Source: Raillietiella orientalis (Eukaryota). Taken from it: DNA of 64,000 bases. Under the pieces are notes generated by a model that was not told the DNA's origin, ran no database searches, and was given only the letters and a program-made list of their open reading frames with translations. Of this stretch, positions 1 to 12,416 are shown one piece after another (position 1 is the stretch's first letter; every line of letters starts with the position of its first letter). The stretch spans positions 744,001-808,000 of the forward strand of contig JAYWIR010000023.1 of assembly GCA_036172245.1 (NCBI GenBank), given 5' to 3'. The translations under genes were made by a program, and so were the position numbers.

Positions 1-999
1 TGTATGGAAGATTTGGGGGACGTTTACCATCGACTAGGGCCTGGAATATCTAACATTTTAAGCAGGAAATGTCTGATTTGATGTGAAAAATGGTATTTGC
101 AAAAGTGCCAGAGGACCGTGACTGCTCGGAGGAGAGTTTCTGGTGGTCTGAATACAAATTCGGGCGTTCTCAATTTCTCATCTGGACGCCTGGCGACGAG
201 AATTTTCTTTGAGAATTTTCTTCAAGAGTTTTCTGAATATTCATGGGAAGAGACGTGCTTCCGAAAAACCAAGGAGGAGGATCTCGGCAGAGGAAAAAGC
301 TGGGAATTGAAAGCTCATGTTCTTGATCTACCCTACAGCATTTTCCTTAAAAAGGAAAAAAGGAGGAGGACGAACTGGATTGGGAATGGAGTCTCCTTTA
401 GCATGGAGCTTCATATGCACATCATTTGAAATCCGCTGGAATTTCAAAACAATGACCTCAGTCTGGGAGTAGGGACTTTACTGATTTTCAAAGCATCCCT
501 CCTTTATGCCTTTCAAGGATTCCAGTGAGGATCCCCTTGTGAGATGGTCATTCAGGTCGGTGTGCTGTGGATCATAAGCCAGACGAAACATACCGAAGGG
601 CGTATGTTTTCCCGAGCTGATTCCATTCATTCAACCTATCTGCGTAGAACCCATCTAGCAATCAGATGACTTTTAAACGCGTTCCCCTGTTTTCCGGATT
701 CCAGGAGAAATCCGGGAATCTTTCTAGAAACGCAGGAATCCACCTAAGAAATCTGACGGAACGAAGGGAATTCGGCAGAGGCTGGCTGCTCGTCCCGGGG
801 AGGAAATTATTTAAAACACAGTCGGTATTTTCTGTCCCCTTCCAGACAGGGGTTTGCTGAACTTGAAGTTTACTGCAAGGGCTTCACGGGTGACTAGCGG
901 TGTCATGTGAGTCGGCGGAGTGTGGCTTCCTTCCTCATACCAAGGCTCAGCCTCGTCTCTCTGATGCAATTTTCCGGCCTGTGTGCCTAAATTATGGCT

Positions 1000-1310
1000 G
1001 CAACGACACCGTGCGTCAGCGAACCGCCGTCACGGCTAAAGCGACTCACTCTTCGACGTGCGTGCGTGCGACTTACGCGCGAGCGCACGTCCGACCGCGC
1101 TGCCGTCTCGCATTACGCGCGCCAACTCTTCCGCGTCGCGTCATCGGCCCGACGCCGTTCCATTCGCTTCCATTTTGAATACACAAATGGGCGAAATCGC
1201 CCGGGGACCCCGATCCACCCATCTATTCATTTCGCCTTTCCGTTTCTTGCAGTTGTAGAATGTGTGTGCACGCCGCACCTGCGACAAACACTGCGGACAC
1301 GACTCCCTCC
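1000..1310 (-). promoter_or_regulatory. CpG-dense island with a consensus minus-strand splice donor; candidate alternative first exon or promoter
   Basis: Strong local CpG/GC enrichment. The minus strand reads ...GCGCTCGCGC|GTAAGT with the donor at 1076-1071, followed by (CGCA)n. Confidence 0.4.
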
Positions 1311-2985
1311 TTCCTTAATTAAAAGCGCTTCCTGCGAACCTCATAAACGGAGCTATTGTTCTTTTACTGTGCTGGCAAACGAAGTGAGACCGTCATCAAA
1401 TTAATATCAGTTCTTAAAATCGTTCTTGGTTTCAATCACTGGTGGTGCCCTGGCAGCTCCGTATCTCCCGAATGTAAACAGTGAGCAGACCACTTCATCC
1501 GTTCATGTTTCCTGGATTTCAGAGCGCCTTTTTGCTACTGAATTTCCCTTTCCGTACCAGGAATCGTTCCCTTTTAGAGTGCACCTCCGTTTGTGTGAAA
1601 GGCCTCGGATCTTCTCGTCTGGTTCTCTTTCTCAGAGTTCAGCGAATCGAAAGGTATGCTCGCTCTTGTCCTTTCGAGTCCAGCAAGCTCTTTTCGATGG
1701 CAGAAGGCGGGCGGTCTTCGAATCACAGAGCTCTTTGAAGACATTCTCAAGAAACTCAGCTCTGGATCACTTTCTCCGGAAAGTGCCACAAGTAACAGGC
1801 TATGGTGCTAGCTTGAAAGTTGACTAGGTCGAACCCACGTCCCAGATGCCTTTGCCAAGGCAGAAGGCCGCAGAACGAGAAGGAGAAATTCGCGCGGAGC
1901 CTTTGCGAAGAGCGCAGCATCCGGAAAGGGCACCGGAGCTGCGCGAAGAGTAGAGTTTCCAAACTCTGCAAGCGAACCTCAGCTCACAACTCGCGTCCGA
2001 AACGTTTCCTGGTAGGAAAGTTCTTTTTGCGGGACCGTCTGGAAGGATTTGCGAATGACCTAAAGTTTGCTTGCCAACTTTTTCTCTGAAAGCAACATTG
2101 GCTATGCGTGTTCCCAATGGCTATTTTTCTGCACGTACTTGTTGTTCCGAAGGAGAACGTGCCGAATCAATTCCGTACTTTCTTTTCCTAAAAGCTAAAA
2201 CATCATCATTCAGCTTTTCTTCCTGAATCCCCAGTGTGATGATTCCGGGGTCGCACATTTCTTTTTTAGCTTTCATTCTTCGTTTATTGAACTCACTTGA
2301 CACAGGAGCCACATGGAGTAATGATGCTGGGTATACCGTATCTGAGAATCGAGTTCCTCAACACTGCACCCAGAGACTTGCTGAAATCCATAAACGTGAA
2401 AACTGATCCTCATAAATGTGGAAATGAATCAATGAAAAAGGCAAAGGACAAGAGAAGAGTCAACAGTCCAAATAAATTATCTCCTGATATTTTCCTTTTC
2501 GATTAGCACCAAAGATCCGGTCAATCGTGTGAAAATTTCTCATCTTTGTCGTCTCATAGTTTGCATCCCAAAATGAAAAAGGACTCCGCTTTCTGACAAG
2601 TCCCATCTTCTCCATACAGTATTCGAAAACGCGCTGATTTTGTCAGGGATTAATGCCAATTTGATAGTCACGAAATGCATCAATCACGCCCAAGTAAGGA
2701 ATAAACCTTGCATGCGATGCTTTCTCCAGCTAAGCTTCTCATGGTAAATCGCAAAGATTAGCATTCTTCGGAGGTTGTTGGGTTCAAGACGAGGTGGGAA
2801 AACAGCGCATCATGGGTTATGAAATCTCTTTCCGTTCACCGTGCCTCATATTTTGTCGGAATGAATCGGAAACCAGGTTTTGCAATTGGGCTCACCGTGT
2901 TCCTGAATTCCATCTCCTTCACGATTCTGGGAAGGAACATTTTCGAAGGAGCATTCTCTACATTTCTTAAGGTAAACGGAGATGG

Positions 2986-3527
2986 ATGATGGAAATCCTT
3001 CTTTTCGGTCTTCGCAGTTCTTCGACACGGTTCCACGCCACCCGAGGGTGGGTAATTCTTCAAGATGGAGGGTACCCCGGGAGGGATCCACCCTATGAAT
3101 CCAGGAAGGACCCGGAGTCCGTTCCTTTCACGCCTGGGGAGGGATCCCCGGAATTGGAGACCACCTCCGCCCTGGTTGTCTCCGAAAGGGAACCCAGAAG
3201 GGAATCTTCTTCCTTATTCTCTCCGGAGGACTCTGTGCGGACCCGCTCTATTCTTTCTTCTCTGAAGGGAACACGGAAAGGACCCGATCCTGAAATTTCT
3301 TCTCCGGAGGGATTCGCTCCTGTTTTACTCCTCTGGAGAGAACCCGGAAGGGACGCTTCCGAAATTCAGAAGGGCGCAGCTTCCCCGAAGGGATCGGCTC
3401 GCTTCTCTGCACTCTCTGGAGAGGTGGTGGCGACGACACACCTACTCCATCAGTACGACGCTGAGGGTCCGCCCGGAATAGGGTGTTCCACTCCTTCACA
3501 ACCGGTGGGGGAGCTCCCACTCTTGAT
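2986..3527 (-). mobile_element. 5'-truncated copy of the SINE-like element (copy D, subfamily 1)
   Basis: The reverse complement aligns with ~9305-9847, with about 10 mismatches counted by eye in the 505-bp core. Both copies end in GACCGAAAAGAA..TTCCATCAT. Confidence 0.85.
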
Positions 3528-6500
3528 CAGTGTTGTTTACTTCGCTGCTTTGTCTCTCTGCTTTCCCGTGCCTAATACGATTCGCTCCTCATCCTTCGAG
3601 AATTCACTTCTCATGTGATTTCAAAGAGGTCGATTTCTGGAGCTGCTCTTCAAAGTTCCCTTGAAGGCATCCAAGATTCTTTTGCTTTTAGTGTTGCGGC
3701 AACTGGCTCAAAATGGCCAGTTTCCTCTTTCCTTCTCCATTCCCATAACGAGTGAGAGAAGAGACCGTGAAAGACATGACCATCTTGCAGCTCCGAAGCT
3801 AGCTCCTATTGTAGCATCTCCCTTGAAAGTTCTTGGGTCTCCAGATGACAGAGCTGTTGGCCACACACATAAGTTCTACAGATTTTCGGAGAAGGCCTGC
3901 TGCTTTTAAGGATTCATTTTTTCGCAGATACTTGCTGCCAATGAGAATCCCCCGTCGCTGTTCTTATTTCTCCTTGCATCTGGTGTTTAGTGCCATTTCC
4001 TCCTCAGTATTTCCGCTTACGTCTATCCCCTCCTATATTCTTAAACCTAACTCAAAATCGATTCCATTCTTCTTCTCACTAAATGATCTATCTTGATCTT
4101 TCAGGTGCTGTGTCTCTCACTTAGTTGGAAGCCAGAACTACTCCCCGTCCAGAAGCTGTACATTGGAACCTGGAAGCTGTTGCCGCCTCCTGTGTTCTCC
4201 CAAGCGGCTTTAACCTCTGCCTCATTGATCCTCAAAGCAAAAGCAGGAGGTCGTTTTCTCTGTGCTTCTTCCCAAGACAAAGCGCCGTGACAAAGAGCCG
4301 GTTGGTAGACGAAGAAGAGGGAACAGGAGACTGGAGGTGTTGATGGAAATTTCGATCGAAGATTCGATCTGACCCTTCTCGCACACGGGACGTGGAGCAA
4401 CGGTAAAACCGAGATTCCCATCATCGTCGTTCATTTATTTTTTTTTGCAACGATTCTCTTCTGAAATTTTCAGGGAAAAAAGGGGACCTGTGCCTTGAGG
4501 AATTTCGATCTCTCCTCCGAATCGTTTCAAGACGAAGAAGAAAATAAAATCACGACAAAGGATTAAAGGAATGCTTGAAAAAAGAAGCAGACAACAGCAT
4601 CATCGCATTTATGCCGCTCTCAACAGACACTGCAGCCATCAGTTCGCTGCATCGAATTGTTTCACTCCTGTTTCCTGGAGTGCATACAGGGAGCTGAAGG
4701 GGAAAAAAAAAAGAAAAAGAAAACAAACAGCAACAGGAAGTTAGGATGCAAGCAGAGAGATGCTTTGCACTAGAGAAAGAATGGCTGGTCATCGCCTAAT
4801 ACTGTTTGCCTCTTAGACCCGCAACGTAGTGAACCTTTGTTTCCTTTACTCGCTTATCCTGCAGTTGCAGAGAACTCATGGGACTCATTAAGACTTGGTC
4901 AACAGTGTCTCGACTTTACTTGGGCTGTCGAATGATCATAGATCTGTATAAACTGTATCAAAGCACACTGGGGCTTAATCCTCATCTGACATCACAGCAT
5001 CATCTTCGATAGGATCAATACTGGGGATGAACGTGATGATGCAAGGTGTCTGACAAGCATCCCAGACGAAAAACGCATGACCGTGCAGTTCACTTGTGGC
5101 GCAGCTGCACGCAGTCACGCGTAGGTGTGCTCGCGATGAACCGCGGTTTGCTTCCCGGAATTACAACGGATGATTTCAAATTAATACTCCGCGACGTGGA
5201 AGCGGAATGCAGCGATTTTGAAATGCTTTGTCAGTTTCGAGATGTGAAGTTGCGTAATATTCTAATAATGTGTATCGCTACTTATTACTGGTGGGACGAT
5301 TGACTCTCCTCACTAACAGGAGGTAGCTGGCAATCCATATTTCACATAAGGTGATCACGAGCTTTTCTTTGGTTTCTGCGCTAGTACTATCTATCAAGCT
5401 GTAGCTTGTTAATAAAGACATCCATATCAAACGTACGCATTAATAGACGCGCTCTATCTTCAAGGGGTCAGAAATAAGGTACGAGGTATCCTGTTCTCAT
5501 TCGAATGCCGCTGACTTGCTGTGGCTTCTTTCCATATGTGCCCAGAAACAACTCATGCATGGTGGGCAAGTGTTCGAGAACACAGATCCTCTTCGTGAAA
5601 GCAGAAATCCTATGGAGGCAAAAATTCTGCATGACTGAAGCTCCAGCTGTAGGGTTCTCCACTCTTCGGAAAAAAAAAATGGTACTTTAAGGAATACAAA
5701 CAACCCTGGGTACGATATTATTCGTATGTTCTCCGATCAATACATTCGTTTGTGGCATGCGAAAACAGTGCAATGAAATTCGCCTACAGCACTCCGCAAC
5801 AGAGATGACCTTCATTGTTGCAGATGCGTACAAGTGGGAATGGGATGCCGCAGAAGGAAGATTCCAGAGTTTCGAGCGGCTCGCCTTTTATCGCTCATCC
5901 CGGAGACTCTAAGACAAGGCACCAAAACGTACCTCCGTGAACACTTCTGGGATGCTGAGATCAAATCAATTATGGGGTGTTCCTCATCTAGAATAGAATG
6001 ATGTGTGTCACTGCAACCGCTGCTGCTGTGTCGAAGTCCCCTTCGGATAGGTTTTCGCTCAGAGGTTTCCCTTCATCTCAGGGAGCGCGATCCCTTCTCA
6101 GACATCTCCCAGCAAAGTTCATTTCAGCAATCGAATTCCCTCTTGCTGGACACATGCTTGCAACATCCGCAAAGCTGCATCTTCAGCCATCATTTCGGTC
6201 GGGACCAAAGGAGGCACACGACGCCCATGCTTTCCAAAAGGAGGGTTCTGATCCTTAATAGTCGGATCGTGATTCCTTCGATTCCAGTGTATTCCAAAGT
6301 TCCTTCCCGAGTCGGCTTTCCCGAAGCAGACACGCGACGCGGGAGAAAATGCTGCGACCGAAATTTCCAAACCGAGGCTTTCGGCGGTTTTCGAAAGGAG
6401 CAGAGGAATCCTCCGGCCATGATTGGAAACGGGAAAGGGGGAAAAAAAAAAAAAAAGGAAAGAAACCCAGAGCGATGCAGGTATCGATTCAAGGGATGAA

Positions 6501-9072
6501 CATGGATGGAGGCTGTTGGTCAAGTTGAACCACGGGGATCACCATCACAAGCAGATCTTCTCAGATTTGAAATCCTAGAGGAGGACGCATGCACGAACAT
6601 CAAAATCGAGTTTCCAAAAGATGGCCTTAAAGGATAATTTCGTTCTTGTTCTGCTTCGGGTACTAAAAATAAATGTCTGTATTTATAGGTGGAGGTTTGA
6701 TGCTGTCCTCCGTTAGCAGTTCCAAACCGTCGGCATGATCCATGCACTTCAGGCTCGTTGGCAGAGAACGTTCCTCGGTGCCTTTGGTATTTCAAGGGAA
6801 AACAGCATCGATTTGCGATTTAGCAGCAAATAGTAGGTAAGTCAATACGTGAAATCGTGCATGCCAAGATCAAGGCCCAAGTCAAAAGAGAATTGCACTT
6901 CCGTGTTCACAGGGTTTCCAATTTTCTCCAGCACGACCTCGCATGTGAGTATTTGTTTTTTCACGTGTGCGTTGCTCCACATGTGTGCAGCGGTGGTTCC
7001 AGAATGCGTCCTCGCAGGTAGTTTGCGATGCCCCCGTGCTATCACGTGTTTTTCACCTCGTGGTGTGTTTTCTATGGAGTCCCCACGTGACATGGAAATC
7101 GAAACTACCGCGTCATCAGTTTTTGCTCCATCCCACTTTCAGTATGCAAATGCTCAATGCTGGATCCAAATGGTGCCCTGAGAAGAGAAATTCTCGAATG
7201 AGCCCTTCCAACACGTTTTTGTGGCTACGAGGAAAGGAAGAAAGTAGTTCAGTTGCAGGGAAAAGACCATGAGTTCCGGAGGACTGATGGGCTCATAAAT
7301 TACTAGTGATTCGCGATTTTGAAATTCAGCTTGTCTCCCCAAATCGCACAGACTGGATTTAATGCTGGGCGATCCCGAAAAGAAAACCATCGTGGAATGG
7401 CAACCTCAGTTACATTTGAATCCCAGGAACGGATCTATAAAGTGCTTCCAACGAGTCTTCCTCAAGAACTCTTACACAGTTTCCAGCGTTGTCCCTCACC
7501 AGGACGGCGCACCTCTTTTTGTGAGGCCGTCCTCTTCTTTCGCGTACCTTTGCCTATCCTGCTGAACAAAGCTAAACAGTCGGCCCCACTAACATGATCC
7601 CATTTCATAGCCTCCTCCATACGCTATAGGTTTTATCCAATCGTAGCGCCATCAATACTTCAGAAGTTAAAATCCAAAAGTAGGAGGTGGTAAAAGCGAA
7701 TTGCTGAGGTGAAAGGAACAACAAGAAAAAAAAGAGACGTCTCCTTTTTTTTTTTTTTTTTTAATTCAGAGTTGGTCATCATGATTTTGGGAGCTCTTTT
7801 CCCTTTCTGAGGCACGTTGAGCAGAGCGAATTTCGAATAATTTTCGACTCTGAAACGGAAAGATGCGATGTGCTCATAAGGAGGTGCACCCTTTGCATCC
7901 CGACTTTTGGAAAAAGGGATCACACTGAGTTCTCACAAGGACTCCTGTTCAAACTCAAACTGCACAGCTGTTCGCGGTAGCAGTAGGGCCGCGCTGGAAT
8001 GTAGCTGGGCCACAGTTGGGATTGATTTTAGCCACATGGGTTTGCACATATCCTGCACTGAAAGGAAGTGCACAAAAAACGGGGGTTCGCATCTGATCCC
8101 TTGCCTAATGGTACGAAGGACAAGAATTAAATGCGCATGCGCGCCCACACACACGCACGCACGCACGCATCTACAGTACATCACACACAAAAAATGCGAA
8201 TGAACAACCCGCGTTCTGGATTCAGTGGCGGGAACGTTGAAATCGGTCCTTGAAAGATGCTTTCGAACAGCGTCATGGTGCAACCGAGTTGCTGCCCAGC
8301 ATCATGTGTTTTCGGACTTATTTTCTGGGAAATCAATACACCGGACTTTAGCGCTTTTCAAACTCCAGCTCAGGAATCTAATCCTTGGATGTAGAAGGGT
8401 AACGGCGACTGCAATCACTTTCGTCACAACAGAACCGATCTGATCAAATACTGCCACGTCTTATTTCATAGCTATTCATGGAGAACTCATTTTTCTTTGA
8501 CCCCGTGCGTTCTTCTCCTTATCTGCCTGGTTTGGAGTCTTGGATGTTTTTGTGAAAAATCTCATCTATACTAAGCGGTGCTACTCTGCTGCATGCTGAA
8601 GTAAAGAAGATAAGAAATCTTAAGAAAGAAAAAGGAATGTTAACATCATTGGCAGCTCATTGTTCAAGGAGAAAGGGAATCGGAATGTCATAAAACTGCC
8701 CAAATTAAGGTAAAAGAAACACCTTCTGCGAGCATAGGGGAAGATAATTTATTCCGTCGAACTCCAGTGATCTAGTGATAGCCCAACTACCGCTGGTAGA
8801 ACAAGGATGTGCACTCCTATAGTTGCAACGTTCAGTGGAAAGCTAGCGAACGGTTAACGCCCTGTCTTCTGAAGATACGTTCTTGGAAAACACCAACACA
8901 AAATACTGATTACATTCGATTTGAGCTGTCATTCAGCAAATCGAGCATAAGCAGCAGATGGCCATTACTGCCTGCATACTGCATGCATTCTTACTGAGCA
9001 TTCTCTTTTAAATCTAGATGAATAGGACCAAGCAGATATGCAAATAGCGAAAAGCAGTCGATATGTTCATTA

Positions 9073-9847
9073 GCCGTGTCGGAGGCCGTGTGGTTACGGT
9101 GGTCTCTGCGTGTGGCACCACCAAGCGTCGTGGGTTCGAATACTCCGAAAGGAATCGACGCAGCGCGTCGTGGGTTCCGAGTTCACCCCACGAGATGACG
9201 CTGGTTGGCCTAGATTCATCTGGTTAGGCACTGGTAGCTGTTGAAACCGGATGCCCCCGATGAGGGCCGGGATAAATGGGAGTCGACCTACGGGTCCTTC
9301 CAGGAATCGCGGAGTGGGGCGTTTCCCCATCGGTTGTGAAGGAGTGGAACACCCTATTCCGGGCGGACCCTCTGCGTCGTACTGATGGAGTAGGTGTGCC
9401 GTCGCCACCACCTCTCCAGAGAGTGCAGAGAAGCGAGCCGATCCCTTCGGGGAAGCTGCGCCCTTCTGAATTTCGGAAGCGTCCCTTCCGGGTTCTCTCC
9501 AGAGGAGTAAAACAGGAGCGAATCCCTCCGGAGAAGAAATTCCAGGATCGGGTCCTTTCCGTGTTCCCTTCAGAGGAGAAAGAATAGAGCGGGCCCCCAC
9601 AGAGTCCTCCGGAGAGAATAAGGAAGGAGATTCCCTTCTGGGTTCCCTTTCGGAGACAACCAGGGCGGAGGTGGTCTCCATTTCCGGGGATCCCTCCCCA
9701 GGCGTGAAAGGAACGGACTCCGGGTCCTTCCAGGATTCATAGGGTGGATCCCTCCCGGGGTACCCTCCATCTTGAAGAATTACCCACCCTCGGGTGGCGT
9801 GGAATCGTGTCGAAGAACTGCGAAGACCGAAAAGAAAATTCCATCAT
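9073..9847 (+). mobile_element. tRNA-headed SINE-like element, apparently full length (copy A, subfamily 1)
   Basis: The 5' head GCCGTGTCGGAGGCCGTGTGGTTACGG...GTGGGTTCGAAT contains a B-box, followed by a second B-box-like repeat and an internal hairpin array. About 98% identical over ~505 bp to the reverse complement of 2986-3527. Confidence 0.8.
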
Positions 9848-12370
9848 TTCTTTTGATTTTCATGTTCCGTATTGCTATACGGAACATGAAAAAATCAAAA
9901 GTCCTGGAAAAATCCATCAGTGCTCTACTGCCAAACATGGCAGCCGAAAGGCTAGAATGGAATTCAAGATCGAGGTAGGTAACTAACATCCTCAAGCAGT
10001 CATCGGTGATCTTCAAAGCAAGAGCGTGCTGACCCGTTCACATGTATCAAGATAATATCGAAGCTTCGAAGATTGGAAAATTAAAATTTCGAACAGCCTC
10101 CTTCCATTGTGCCGGTATTATCGGAGGAGGGAGGCTGAATCCGTGTGAAAAGATCTCGATACGAACACACGTGAGAAGCCAGAGAGCAAAGTGGAAACCA
10201 CAAAAGAACACGCTGGCTTGTTTTGAAGAAATGAACTTGCACCGCGGAGTAACCGAATGTCTTCTAGAATGGGAAGACCCTCTGGGATCTGCAAAGCACA
10301 AGGGGTTCCCAAGGAGTGATTCAGCTACGGTATGTTTCGGAATTTGGCATCGTGGTACTTGCAGGCCTTGAAGACCAGTGGAAGCCACGTGCTGCCACTG
10401 GGCTTCCGATAAAGTGGCGACGAAAGCAGCAAGTCGAAAAAGAATGCATGTTGCATTCTGGAAGTGACTTCATCTTCTGGAAGTGGCTCCATTTTCGAAA
10501 GTATGCGATCAAGTAAGAAGCATTTCTTTCGAGAATTTCTTTGGTTTTTCTGGGCCTCCTTCCCGCGTAAGAAAGACACACTGGGAATATGGCTGTTGAT
10601 GAATTTGAAAGTATCAAGAACAAACTTGAAGTCTGAAATTCTTTGGGCGATCTCCATTGCCAGCTGAAGAGCAAGGTTTTGGGAGTGAAGACCAAGCTCA
10701 TGGAGAGACCAGCGTGACGAACTTTCCGTTGCTGAACTGAGACAGAAAAATGAGACAAAAGATTCGATAGGTGGTGCTGTCCATAGGGGTTCTCACATGG
10801 AAGGAAGAAAAAAAGAAAACGGAAACGTGCGGAATGATCACTCAAAGAGGGGGAAAAAAAAAAAAAAAAAACATTAGAACGACAGGATGGAGAAACGAAC
10901 GTGCTCGATCTAGTAATCTAGTGATTTCGGATTCCACATCTACGATTCTTTTTCACTTCAAATTTAAGTTCCTTTAGCGAATTCGTGAGTTTCTCTTGAG
11001 CAATAAGTTCCTAGCTGTCCCTACTGCCCTATTGCGTTTCCTACCGAGTTCTCGGAGGTTCGTAACGTCTACAAAGGGCCTTTCGATTTCGGTTTTCAGA
11101 AGCTTTTCTCATGTGATGCCATTTATAACACACCCACGATCAAGAGTTAAAACTGTAATTTAACAACGGATGCATGGCGTTAAGAAAAGTTCTCTCTTTG
11201 AACGGCTGTTTGTAACTTCCACCAGCTAGGAAAGGCGGATAACTCGAAAAATTTACTGGTGACCATCGTTTATTGATTATATTCCAGATTCTTAGCATCT
11301 GAAGACCCGGACGGAGCTTTGGCGAGAAGATGCCTGCGTTCGGTGCAGTTGTGCCGCTGATTCACTTTCCAATACAAATTTTACGTACAGAAAAGATTGG
11401 TTTACCTCTTGTGAAGAAGGGAGGCCATGTACCGACCAGCAAGAGCGACAGTTAAAGCTTCCGTGAATAGGAAGATGGGTATATAATATTTCTCCAAGCT
11501 CGATCCTCACGAGCCATTCTGGAACAGGATGAAGGAAGACGGAAACGTTGAAATTTTTCACAACAAGTTGTCCAGAGGGAGAGAGCACAAACGGAACTGA
11601 AGAGAGGCACAGATGGCCGTACGATGCATACAAAGAATTTGTCTTTTCCGTGTACAAAACAGCGGAATTCGTGTGGTACACACGGTGTCCAGTGCATCAG
11701 GATGACAATTCAATGCGTGGAAACATCACTTGGCTATTCGAGAACAGCAATGGAAATATCAGCGAGGAAGTGCATGGAAGTGCTTTTCGAGCCAGAAATT
11801 ACCATCGGATGCATAATTTTTCGAAGATCCTCGTCTCCAGTAGAGTGTGATTAAAAATTCGCAAAGTCTAAAAAATAAGGAAGCGCACAAAGAAATACAA
11901 GTGCCTTTCATTTGCTCTCCCATTAATTTGGCAGAACTTCTTCAGCCATCTAGGGTACGCCCGGTGAATCGATTTTATCGTTGCAATAACTTTGCTATCG
12001 GAACGTAAAAACCATTTATCTAACCACTTTCATTAGCAGCGATCACTAGGAGCAAGCACAAGGGAGAAAAGAGGTATTTCTTTCGAGATGTTGAGGATGC
12101 ATTTCTTAGATTGAGAAGCGCTGAACTGAACCGATGGAATGAGCAAAACCATCCAAGGCTGCCGATGCTTTCTTGGGGGAACCTCTGCGGGGGGTCCTCC
12201 GCTTAGGTTTCGAGCTCCATGTGCCCTTCGACGTCATTTATAGAGTTAGTACACGGTGCCTGGTCATTGCTTCGTTGTTGTGTACCTTCTCAAAGGGTGC
12301 GCGTTTCATCGCTGGCTTGGAGTCCTCTTCTACGGGAAGCGAGAGAATGCTCTTCTGAAATTTCGCTCCC

Positions 12371-12416
12371 AGAGCGGATTGCCGAAGACTTTGCCGGAGA
12401 GCGGATTGCCGAAGAC
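12371..12416. repeat. Short tandem duplication (19 bp, period 27)
   Basis: AGAGCGGATTGCCGAAGAC at 12371 and 12398. Confidence 0.85.

Noticed and set aside
2986..3618. 210-aa ORF and the similar ORFs at 9094-9681, 15521-16060 and 58935-59666
   Set aside because: These are open frames through a GC-rich non-coding repeat. The frames are not conserved between subfamilies and show no recognisable domain.
9380..9400. CTGATGGAG in the SINE as a hammerhead ribozyme core
   Set aside because: It does not match CUGANGA, has no correctly placed GAAA or stem II, and is not conserved in copies B, C or E.
11470..11540. LDPHEPFWNRMK as a Tc1/IS630 'LNPIE..W' motif
   Set aside because: The other DDE motifs were not found.
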